Positions 29,692-38,549 of a stretch of 64,000 nt of DNA are shown here, in pieces (position 1 is the stretch's first letter; every line of letters begins with the position of its first letter). Both the position numbers and the translations under genes were made by a program. The notes below the pieces were generated by a model that was not told the DNA's origin, did no database searches, and worked only from the letters and a program-made list of their open reading frames with translations. The DNA comes from Gemmatimonadota bacterium (GTDB taxonomy: Bacteria > Gemmatimonadota > Gemmatimonadetes > Longimicrobiales > Gaopeijiaceae). The stretch covers positions 32,001 to 96,000 of the forward strand of contig JBDHHQ010000027.1 in assembly GCA_039589315.1 (NCBI GenBank), in the 5' to 3' direction.

Positions 29692-30936
29692 GTGAACGCC
29701 AAGCGAGTTCATCCCGTGGTCATCGGGGCGATCGTCCTACTGTTCATGTGGGGGCTCTGGGGCGTGGTACTCCGATTCACCCAGGGCCACGATTTGGCGA
29801 ACTACGGCAGCTACGTCCCCTGGGGGCTGTGGGTCTCCGGATACATCTACTTCGTGGGCTTGTCGGCGGGGGCCTTCCTCCTGTCGTCCCTGGTCTACCT
29901 GTTCAGGATCGAGAAGCTCAGGCCCATCGCACGGACGGCGCTGCTGGTATCGCTGATTACGCTGGTCGTTTCGCTCGTGTGCATCTGGTTCGACCTGGGC
30001 CAGATGTGGCGCTCGTGGGAGATCCTCATCCGGCCGAACTTCACGTCTCTGATGGCGTGGATGGTCTGGCTGTACATCGGGTACGCTCTCGTGCTCCTCG
30101 TGGAGCTCTGGCTGGAGTTGCGTACCGACCTCGCGATGCTCGCCAGGGAAGGCGGCAAGCGCGCACGGCTCTACAGGGTCCTCAGTCTCGGACGGCAGGT
30201 ACCCGACGACCCGCAGGCCGTGGAACGGGACCGGGAAGTCAGCGAGCGCTGGCTCCGTATCCTGTCCGGGTTCGGCATCCCCGTGGCGCTGATGTTCCAC
30301 GGCGGCGTCGGCGCGCTCTTCGCAGGTCTGATGGCCCGCCCGTACTGGCACACATCCCTCTACCCGATCTTCTTCCTCACGGGGGCCCTCGTCTCCGGTG
30401 GCGCGTTGCTGTTGGCGGTGGTGGCGTTTACCGGGCTCGGTGACGGCGAACGGGGGAAGGCGATGATGTCCCTGCTGGCCAAGGCCACGCTGGGTCTCCT
30501 GCTCTTCGACCTTCTCCTGGAGTGGGCGGAGATCTCCATTCCGGCCTGGTACCGGGTGGGCGAAGGATACGAAATCCTCAAGGTCGTGCTCTTCGGAGAT
30601 TACTGGTACGTGTTCTGGATCTTCCATCTGCTGCTGGGGGCGCTCATCCCCATCGCCCTCCTGACCGCAAAGCCGGCGTCCAGATGGATGGCCGGGACCG
30701 CCGGCGCATTGATCGCCGCCACGTTCATGGCGGTCCGGCTGAACGTGGTGATTCCCGGGCAGATCATGCCTTCGCTCCAGGGCATCGAGGCGGCGTACGT
30801 GGATCCACGCCTCCTCTTCTCCTACGCGCCCTCGATGTTCGAGTGGTCCGTGATCGCGTTCGTCATCGCCCTCGCAGCAACGCTCTTCCTGGTGGCGCGC
30901 AGGGTGCTTCCGCTCGTCGAACAGCCAACGCGCTGA
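29692..30936 (+). CDS. NrfD/PsrC/TtrC-family membrane anchor
   Basis: VPWGLWV..YFVGLSAG, DLG, HGGVGALF; about 10 TM helices. Confidence 0.9.
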   Translation: MNAKRVHPVVIGAIVLLFMWGLWGVVLRFTQGHDLANYGSYVPWGLWVSGYIYFVGLSAGAFLLSSLVYLFRIEKLRPIARTALLVSLITLVVSLVCIWFDLGQMWRSWEILIRPNFTSLMAWMVWLYIGYALVLLVELWLELRTDLAMLAREGGKRARLYRVLSLGRQVPDDPQAVERDREVSERWLRILSGFGIPVALMFHGGVGALFAGLMARPYWHTSLYPIFFLTGALVSGGALLLAVVAFTGLGDGERGKAMMSLLAKATLGLLLFDLLLEWAEISIPAWYRVGEGYEILKVVLFGDYWYVFWIFHLLLGALIPIALLTAKPASRWMAGTAGALIAATFMAVRLNVVIPGQIMPSLQGIEAAYVDPRLLFSYAPSMFEWSVIAFVIALAATLFLVARRVLPLVEQPTR

Positions 30937-30949
30937 ACCGGAGCCGACC

Positions 30950-33900
30950 ATGAAGACCAAGTCCGAAGGGTCAATAGAGACGCTCGCTGGAGGGAACGGC
31001 GACGGTCGGACGATCGACCGGAGGCGGTTCATCCAGACTTCCGCTTTGGTGGGGGGGTCCGGTGTGCTCGCGGGTTGCGGCTCCCTCGTGCGCCACGACG
31101 TCGAGCCGATCGGCGACTACGTCCTGGCGCAGCCAGAGAACGTGCTGTACTCGACTTGTCTCCAGTGCCACGTGGCGTGCCAGATCAAGGCGAAGATCTG
31201 GGACGGCACGCTGGCCAAGCTCACTGGCAACCCGTACAGCCCTCAAAACTACCTGCCGCACCTGGACTACGCGACGGACCTGGGAAGAGCGGCCCGAACC
31301 GACGGGAAGCTCTGCGCCAAGGGGCAGTCCGGGGTCCAAACCTACAGCGACCCATACCGCATCCGACGGGTGCTCAAACGGGCGGGCCCCAGGGGCTCCG
31401 GTCAGTGGACTGCCATCGACTTCGATCAGTTCATCGACGAGGTCGTGGAGGGAGGACAGCTCTTCTCGTCCATAGGGGACACGCGGACCTACCCCGGCTT
31501 CGATGAGGTGTACGCTCTTCGGGACCGTGATCTGGCGAACCGCTTGGCGGCGGACGCGTCGGCCTTCTCGGCGGGCGACATGAACCTAGAGGAGTTCCGC
31601 TCGGCGCACCGCGAACACCTCGACCTCCTCATCGACCCCGAGCACCCGGACCTCGGGCCGAAGAACAACGGCTTCGTGTTCGACGCCGGCCGCATCGAGC
31701 ACGGTCGCAAGGAGCTCATGGCGTGGTTCACGAAGGACTCACTGGGGTCGGTGAACTACTTCGAGCACACGACGATCTGCGAGCAGTCCCACCACATCGC
31801 CTACAACGAGATGACGGGCGGCGACAACAACCACATGAAGCCCGATCTCATGAACGCCGAGTTCGTGATCTTCTGGGGCACCGGTGCCTTCACGGCGAAC
31901 TTCGGGCTCACTCCGATGGCCGAGAAGGTGACCAGCGGCAAGGTGGGTCGCGGCATGAAGACGGCCGTGGTCGACCCACGTCTCTCCAACGACGCGGCCA
32001 AGGCGGACTGGTGGCTGCCGGTGGAGCCGGGCGCCGACGGTGCGCTGGCCCAAGCGATGATCCGCTGGATCCTCGAGAACGAGCGCTACGACGCCCGGTA
32101 CCTGGCCAACGCCAACCGTGCGGCCGCCGCTGAGGACGGCGAGTCCTCATGGACGAACGGCACGCATCTGGTGAAGGTCGAGAACGGGAGGGCCGCCTCG
32201 CTGCTGCGGGCTTCCGAGGCGGGGATCCCGGGCGGCGACCTCCCGGTCGTCGTGGTGAGTGGCGGACGGCTCGTCGCGGTGGACCCCGACGACACGGTCC
32301 GCCCCGTCGAAGGCGACCTTTTCGTCGACCGTACGGTGAGGGGCATCCGGGTCAAGAGCGCGCTACAGCTCCTACGGGACGAGGCCTTCTCCCGCTCGTA
32401 TCAGGAATACGAGGAGATCACGGGCGTCGATTCGGGCAAGATGGCCGAAGTGGCGCGGGAGCTCACCAGCCACGGGAAAAGGGCGGGCGTGGAGTTGTAC
32501 AGAGGGCCCGTGCAGCACACCGACGGCTACTACGCCGGAGCATCCATCATCGCTCTGAACGTCCTCATCGGAAACGCGGACTGGAAGGGTGGACTGGCCA
32601 AGGGCGGCGGCCACTGGCACGAGTTCGGGGGCCAGCCGGGCACGGCATACGAAATCGGATCCCTGCATCCGGCGAAGTTCAGCGCCTGGGGGCCGCTCAT
32701 CACGAGGGAGAAGTCGCGTTACGAGTCGACCAGCCTCTTCCGGGAGAACGGGTATCCTGCGGCCCGGCCCTGGTATCCGCTCACCAGCAATGTTTATCAG
32801 GAGGTCGTACCCTCGTTCGCCCAGGGCTATCCCTACCCGGGCAGGATCCTCTTCCTGCATAAGGGGACGCCGGTCCTGGCAACCCCGGCGGGGGACAAGA
32901 TCATCGACATGCTCCGCGACCCGGAGCGCGTCCCGCTCTTCATCGCGTGCGACATCATCGTGGCCGAGACCTCGATGTACGCCGACTACATCCTCCCGGA
33001 CCTCACGTTCCTGGAGCGCTGGGGCACGCCGCACGTGAGTCCCGACATCGTCTGCAAGATCAGCAAGGTCCGGCAGCCAGTGGCAGTGCCGCTCACCGAA
33101 GAGGTGGAGGTCGACGGGGAGTTGATGCCCATATCCATGGAGGCGTTCCTCATCGCCATCGGCAAGCGCTTGGACCTTCCGGGGTTCGGGGTGCACGGGC
33201 TCGGACCCGACTTCGGCTTCGACCGGCCCGAGGACTGGTTCCTGAAGCTGATGACCAACCTCGCTATCGGCGACCGGCTGAACGAGGAGGTGCCCGACGC
33301 CTCGGAAGAGGAGATGCGGATCTTCCGGGAGTCCCACCGCCACCTGCCCCCGTCGGTGTTCGACGAGGCCAAGTGGGCGGCGGCGGTACGCCCCGAGGAG
33401 TGGCCCAAGCTCGTGTACCTGCTCAACCGTGGGGGCCGCTTCGCCGCGTTGGAGTCGGGCTACAGCGGCGAGCGCATGGCCCGCAGGTTCGGGAAGATGT
33501 GGCTCCTCTTCTCGGAGAAAGTGGCGAACACCCGGAACAGCATGAGCGGCGAGCCGTTCCACGGGATCCCCGTCTACCGGGGCCAGGTGGATGCTGCCGG
33601 TGCACCTCTCGATGCGGATGGGTCCCATCCGCTCACGTTGATAACGTATAAGGAGCCCTTCGGCGGCCACTCACGGACCATCTCCAACTACTGGTCCAAC
33701 GTGGCCCTGCGGAACGAGAACCGGATCCTGATCAACCGGCGTGACGCCCTGTCCCTGGGACTCGAGGACGGACAGACGGTGCGCCTGGTCTCCGCGGCAA
33801 ACCCCGCCGGCACGGTGGTCCTGGGCGACGGTCGCACCATCGACGTCGTGGGCAAGCTGGAGGTCAAGGAGGGCATCCGACCAGGTGTCGTAGCGGTGTC

Positions 33901-34036
33901 CTGGCACTACGGACACTGGGCGTACGGATCCAACGACATCGAGGTGGACGGAACCGTGGTCCACGGCGACAAGCGCCGCGCCAAGGGGCTCTGCGGCGGT
34001 TTGAACAGCCCCACACCAGGGGAGACATACAGATGA
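30950..34036 (+). CDS. Molybdopterin oxidoreductase catalytic subunit, TtrA-like; C-terminus possibly truncated
   Basis: Tat RRRF, CLQCHVAC..LCAKG Fe-S motif, GNPYSP, HTTICE, ETSMYADYILPD. Confidence 0.88.
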   Translation: MKTKSEGSIETLAGGNGDGRTIDRRRFIQTSALVGGSGVLAGCGSLVRHDVEPIGDYVLAQPENVLYSTCLQCHVACQIKAKIWDGTLAKLTGNPYSPQNYLPHLDYATDLGRAARTDGKLCAKGQSGVQTYSDPYRIRRVLKRAGPRGSGQWTAIDFDQFIDEVVEGGQLFSSIGDTRTYPGFDEVYALRDRDLANRLAADASAFSAGDMNLEEFRSAHREHLDLLIDPEHPDLGPKNNGFVFDAGRIEHGRKELMAWFTKDSLGSVNYFEHTTICEQSHHIAYNEMTGGDNNHMKPDLMNAEFVIFWGTGAFTANFGLTPMAEKVTSGKVGRGMKTAVVDPRLSNDAAKADWWLPVEPGADGALAQAMIRWILENERYDARYLANANRAAAAEDGESSWTNGTHLVKVENGRAASLLRASEAGIPGGDLPVVVVSGGRLVAVDPDDTVRPVEGDLFVDRTVRGIRVKSALQLLRDEAFSRSYQEYEEITGVDSGKMAEVARELTSHGKRAGVELYRGPVQHTDGYYAGASIIALNVLIGNADWKGGLAKGGGHWHEFGGQPGTAYEIGSLHPAKFSAWGPLITREKSRYESTSLFRENGYPAARPWYPLTSNVYQEVVPSFAQGYPYPGRILFLHKGTPVLATPAGDKIIDMLRDPERVPLFIACDIIVAETSMYADYILPDLTFLERWGTPHVSPDIVCKISKVRQPVAVPLTEEVEVDGELMPISMEAFLIAIGKRLDLPGFGVHGLGPDFGFDRPEDWFLKLMTNLAIGDRLNEEVPDASEEEMRIFRESHRHLPPSVFDEAKWAAAVRPEEWPKLVYLLNRGGRFAALESGYSGERMARRFGKMWLLFSEKVANTRNSMSGEPFHGIPVYRGQVDAAGAPLDADGSHPLTLITYKEPFGGHSRTISNYWSNVALRNENRILINRRDALSLGLEDGQTVRLVSAANPAGTVVLGDGRTIDVVGKLEVKEGIRPGVVAVSWHYGHWAYGSNDIEVDGTVVHGDKRRAKGLCGGLNSPTPGETYR

Positions 34037-35076
34037 AGCGCGCGCGAGTTGGTCGGGTTCTGGCATTGGCCGGGACTTTGGTCCTGCCGTGCGGAGTAGC
34101 CGCACAGGACGTGCCTGAGTGGGTGACCCGGACGAGGTTGTCCGGCCTGGCGTTTGGGGACTACTACTGGATCGCGTCCTCCGACAACGAGGAGCTGAGC
34201 GGCCAGCACGGATGGTGGTTCCGGAGGATCTACGTGACGATGGATACGGAGCTGGGGGGCGACTTCGACTTCCGCTTCCGGCTCGAGGCCAGGTCCCCCG
34301 GGGACTTCGAGTCCTCGGTCGCGCTGATACCCTTCGTCAAGGACGCCTGGGTTCGATGGAGGCTCAAGCGGCAGCAGTTCTATCTCGGGATCGTATCCGA
34401 TCCCACCTGGGAGCTCGTGGAGGGCACCTGGGGTTACCGCGACGTGGAAAAGACACCCCTCGACCTCCAGCGAATGGGCAGCTCCCGTGACTTCGGCGTC
34501 TCGGGCAAGGGGCCCATCTCCCGGAACGGCGTCGTTCAATACCACGCCATGCTGGGCAACGGATCATCCACGCGGGGCGAGCTGAACGAGGGGAAGAAGG
34601 CCTACCTGGCCCTCAACCTCTTCCCGGGCGACTTCATCATTCAGGCGTATGCCGACTTCGAGCAGCGTGACGAGAACGCGGATCGATCGACTCTCCAGGG
34701 GTTCGCCGCGTGGCGGACGGACGCCGGCCGCGTGGGCGTCCAGTTCGCCCACCAGGAGCGGGACGAGGGAGAAGGCGTGACCATGGACCTGGACGTCCTC
34801 TCGGTGTGGGGCGTGTGGAACGCCAGCGAAAAGCTCTCGCTTCTCGCCCGGTACGACAAGATGTTCGATCCAAACCCCGAGGCGGAGAAGATCCCGTACG
34901 TTCCCTTCTCTTCCCTCGGAAAGTCGAACCTTGTACTGGTCGGGCTCGACTGGACGCTGGTGGACCGCTTTCACCTGATCCCCAACATCCAGGCGGTCTT
35001 CTACGACGCCGCGGGAGACACCGAGGCGCCCGCCTCCGAGGTGATCCCGCGGATCACGTTCTCGGTCACGTTCTGA
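34033..35076 (+). CDS. Outer-membrane porin-like beta-barrel
   Basis: Signal peptide; FRRIYVT, FVKDAW, SSRDFG; terminal Phe. Confidence 0.75.
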   Translation: MKRARVGRVLALAGTLVLPCGVAAQDVPEWVTRTRLSGLAFGDYYWIASSDNEELSGQHGWWFRRIYVTMDTELGGDFDFRFRLEARSPGDFESSVALIPFVKDAWVRWRLKRQQFYLGIVSDPTWELVEGTWGYRDVEKTPLDLQRMGSSRDFGVSGKGPISRNGVVQYHAMLGNGSSTRGELNEGKKAYLALNLFPGDFIIQAYADFEQRDENADRSTLQGFAAWRTDAGRVGVQFAHQERDEGEGVTMDLDVLSVWGVWNASEKLSLLARYDKMFDPNPEAEKIPYVPFSSLGKSNLVLVGLDWTLVDRFHLIPNIQAVFYDAAGDTEAPASEVIPRITFSVTF

Positions 35077-35093
35077 ACGGCAGAGGAGGACCC

Positions 35094-35414
35094 ATGGCTT
35101 CACCGCCCACGCCCCCGGCACGCTTCGTCGAGTTCGCGACCCGTTTTCCCGAGCTGGCGCAGGCCTGGGAGCTATCCGCCAAGGCCGGAAGGGACGGGCC
35201 GCTCGACGAGCGAACGGCACGCCTGGTCAAGCTGGCCGTCGCCATCGGTGCCATGAGGGAGGGAGCCGTTCACGCCAGCGTGCGGAAGGCGCTGGCCATG
35301 GGGATCGAGGCCGAGGCTCTTGAGCAGGTCGTGGCGCTCGGCGCCGGCACGCTCGGGATGCCGGCCACCGTCGCCGCGTGGGGCTGGGTCCGGGAGCTAC
35401 TGCCGGAAGAATGA
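35094..35414 (+). CDS. Carboxymuconolactone decarboxylase (CMD/AhpD-like) family protein
   Basis: GPLDERTARLVKLAVAIGA..GAVHASVRKA; GAGGA RBS. Confidence 0.85.
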   Translation: MASPPTPPARFVEFATRFPELAQAWELSAKAGRDGPLDERTARLVKLAVAIGAMREGAVHASVRKALAMGIEAEALEQVVALGAGTLGMPATVAAWGWVRELLPEE

Positions 35415-35521
35415 GCCGGCTCCCCAGGGAGCCAAGAGGTGGACCGTGGACGACGACGCGCATCACCTGGGACCCAAGTCCGTCGGATCTCTCGGCGGGA
35501 CACTCCTCCTCTGACTCGGAG

Positions 35522-35795
35522 CTTCGGGCAGGACCTTGGTCAGCTGGGCCATGGCGGGAGGGCTCCTTACGACCATGCTCTTCTTGAGGGATAGGCATCA
35601 TGGGGGCATGGCGTCCACTGCTGGCTCCGCTCAGCAGGGAGAGAGCCCGAAGACCGAGAGGCGTTCTCCTTGGGAGTAGGGCGCTTTCATTAGCGCGCGC
35701 GAGAGTCCTACAGCCCGAGGAGGAGAACGCCCATGGACACGTGTATTGGATTGAACGCGCACGCGGCAAGCTGCACGCTGGGGATCATCGGCCGT
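35522..35795 (+). mobile_element. IS110-family remnant: structured non-coding end + first about 20 transposase codons
   Basis: MDTCIGLNAHAASCTLGIIG resembles the IS110 N-terminal (Y/F)IGLD.H motif; nested inverted repeats lie upstream. Confidence 0.6.
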
Positions 35796-35948
35796 GATCG
35801 AGCGCCGCGTCATCCCGTCGTCTGCCAACGCCCGCGGCGATCAGACGCAACCAGACGCAACCCCTCGACCCAGCCAAGCCCCGAGAGCCCCCGTCCCCGC
35901 AGCCAGATGCAACCACACGCAACCAGACGCAGAGAACCTGACGGAACT
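35793..35948 (+). repeat. att-like element copy 7: arm only, ends at the core
   Basis: CGTGATCGAG..TGCCAACG..CAGACGCAAC x2..CGCAGCCAGATGCAACCACACGCAACCAGACGCAGAGAACCTGACGGAACT, then non-tRNA sequence. Confidence 0.82.
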
Positions 35949-36033
35949 CTTACGCAGCCACCCGGGACGCCAACCACGATGATGACGAACTCGGTCAGGG
36001 CTCGACTGAGGCGGCCAGCACGGGATTGATCGC

Positions 36034-36470
36034 TCAGGGGTCAGGCGTGGTGTTTGAGGTGAGCTGGTCGAGCCAGCTGAACAGGAGTCGCACTTCGTGG
36101 CCGATGTTCGGGTTGTTCCGCACCATCACGAAACGTCCGTCGGGCAGTACGTCCCAGTTGTGATCGTTGCTGAAGTCGTGCGGCTCGGTGAACAAAACCG
36201 TTGGGACGCCTACAACCTCGAATCCAGGCGAGGTCGCGACCTCGACCGCCATGATCGAGTTGCCGTCTCGGTGGTAGATCTCCGTTCCGTCGGGCGACCA
36301 CCGGGGCTCAGTCCCGCCGCCGTTCGAAACCTGTGCCGCAGTCGTAGCACCGGTGTAGGCCCGGACGTAGACGTCGGCGATGCCGGTGACGCTGGAGCTG
36401 TGCGCGATCCAAGCACCGTCCGGTGACGTATCGGGATACCCTTCGAACGCGGGTGTCGCCAGCAGATCTG
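36034..36470 (-). pseudogene. C-terminal fragment of a TolB/PD40-repeat protein
   Basis: SPDGAWIAHSS..DVYVR..QVSNGGGTEPRWSPDGTEIY..WDVLPDGRF; no N-terminus. Confidence 0.7.
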
Positions 36471-36769
36471 TGGAAGTGTCTTGGGGGAGCGCACTGCCGA
36501 CGTTTCAGCTGTAACGCCCGCGCCTACCGAAGCGGGCGCCGAACTACGGCCCGACGAACGGTCGAACGACCGACTACTTCCCCGGTGACTTGTTCTCGGA
36601 CGGAGTCCTCTAGAACCGGACGTTGGACCTGAGGGCCACGATCCGTCTCCCCCTTGCGCCCTCCACGGCCCTTCACCGACGCCCGCGATGGACGGCCGTC
36701 GTGTGGCCGGGAATCGACGCGGACCGGGTGCCCCGTGCGCGCCCATGGACCCCGCCCTATTCTCGCCCC

Positions 36770-38338
36770 ATGGGCGAGACGCGCGTGAACCTGTTGCATC
36801 TACTCGAGGACCTCCGGGACGCGTACCCGGGCTCGCTGGAGGAGACGATCGTTGTGGAGATGGTGGCGAACGCGCTCGACTCGGGCGCCCGCCGCATCGG
36901 GCTGTCGACGGATCCCGTGGCCGGTGCTCTGACGGTCACCGACGACGGCCGGGGCATGAGCCGCCCCGTCATGTCCCGGTATCACGATCTCGCTTCCACG
37001 ACGAAACGGCGCGGCCGGAGCATCGGGTTCGCCGGGGTGGGGATCAAGCTGGCCCTCCTGATCTCCGAGGACGTGATCACCGAGAGCCGCACCGGGCGCA
37101 GCCATCGTGCCACCTCGTGGCGGCTGTCCTCGAAGAACCGGGCCCCGTGGCGCTGGATCGAGCCGCAGGGAATGCTGGACCGGGGCGGGGTAGAGCGGGC
37201 CGGGGGGGAGCGGGACCCGGCCCGAACCACGGGAACCGCGGTGCGACTCTACCTGACCAATGCGCTGTCGTCGCTCCTGGACGCGGGCTTCCTGGAGGGC
37301 CTCGTGGTGGACCATTTCCGCCCGCTGTTCGATCCGCAGTTCGATCCGATCCTGGCCCCGGTCTATCCCGACGGTGTCCAGTTCGCGGTGAACGGCCGAG
37401 AGATCCCGAGGACGGCCCCCGAGCCCGGAAGAACGCCCCTCCGGATTCGAGTCGGGAGACAGCGGAAGGCGTCCGGTATGGGGTACATGGTCGACACCGG
37501 CGACACGGCCAACCCGGAGTCCGGGATCGCGGTGAGCACGCTCGGCAAGGTCATCAAGCGGGGCTGGGACTGGCTGGGGCTCGCCCCGGCCGAGGCCGCG
37601 TCCGTCTCGGGCCTCGTCGAGGTCCCGGCCCTCGCCGAGGCGCTCACGCTGAACAAGGCCGACTTCATCCGGACCGGGCAGAAGGGCGCTACGTTTCTCG
37701 CCTATCGGAAGGCGATCCAGGAACCGGTGGCGAAGCTGTTGATGGAACTGGGAGACGCTCCCCGGCCGTCCACGTCGCGCCGGCCGAGGACGCGCACCCT
37801 CGAGCGCGACCTCAGGTCCGTGCTCTCGGCCCTCTCGGGAGACTTCCCGCTGATCGCCACGCTGGTCGAGCACCGCGCCGGCGGACAGAGCCGCCTCGCT
37901 CTGGGAGATCCCGGGTCACCCGGCACCGGCCTCGTGCCGGCGCTCGGCACGGGCGCTGGCCCGGCCGCGCCACCGCCCGCCGAGGAGGGTCCGACCGGAC
38001 CGGCAGGCGGAGGGGCGCCTCCCCAGGGTGGCGACACGGGTCCCGGACGGAGCACGCGTGTTCCGGTCCCCGGCGGCAGGAAGCGGAAGAGGCCCTCGAC
38101 CCTCGGTCTCTCGATACGGTTCGACAGCCGGCCCGACGATCCCTCCATGGGCCGGCTCGTCGAGTCGACGGTGTGGGTCAACGAAGCGCACCCCGCATAC
38201 CGGCGTGCGCTGGCGTCGCGGTCGGAGGGATACCACCTCGCCGCGACGGTTGCGCTCACCCTCGCCCCCCTGGCCGTCGAGCCAGCTCGGGTCCAGGAGT
38301 TCGTGACGGCGTTCCTGGGCCGGTGGGGCGAGGTGTAG
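36770..38338 (+). CDS. GHKL (HATPase_c, MORC/Hsp90-like) ATP-binding protein
   Basis: EMVANALD, DDGRGM, GFAGVG and GTAV boxes; ATG at 36770 follows TATTCT with no obvious RBS. Confidence 0.82.
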   Translation: MGETRVNLLHLLEDLRDAYPGSLEETIVVEMVANALDSGARRIGLSTDPVAGALTVTDDGRGMSRPVMSRYHDLASTTKRRGRSIGFAGVGIKLALLISEDVITESRTGRSHRATSWRLSSKNRAPWRWIEPQGMLDRGGVERAGGERDPARTTGTAVRLYLTNALSSLLDAGFLEGLVVDHFRPLFDPQFDPILAPVYPDGVQFAVNGREIPRTAPEPGRTPLRIRVGRQRKASGMGYMVDTGDTANPESGIAVSTLGKVIKRGWDWLGLAPAEAASVSGLVEVPALAEALTLNKADFIRTGQKGATFLAYRKAIQEPVAKLLMELGDAPRPSTSRRPRTRTLERDLRSVLSALSGDFPLIATLVEHRAGGQSRLALGDPGSPGTGLVPALGTGAGPAAPPPAEEGPTGPAGGGAPPQGGDTGPGRSTRVPVPGGRKRKRPSTLGLSIRFDSRPDDPSMGRLVESTVWVNEAHPAYRRALASRSEGYHLAATVALTLAPLAVEPARVQEFVTAFLGRWGEV

Positions 38339-38549
38339 AACGACTCTGAGAGGATGAGGTGATATCCCGTCGGATCAGCCAGCCCTCACTTTTGTCGCGG
38401 TCACCGCGGCCCATGTGAGTCTGACGTCAGAGGACGGCGAAGCGGCCACCATCCGTGTCGCGGAGCAGTCCGGCATCAGCTGTCAGGCGGAGGACGGCCT
38501 CTTGTCGGGCAGGCGCAGCTCGAAACGAGACAGGTTGATCTCGTGCCCC

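Noticed and set aside
30950..34036. Firm assignment as ArrA, ArxA or true TtrA
   Set aside because: Length and motifs favour the Ttr clade, but substrate cannot be fixed without phylogeny.
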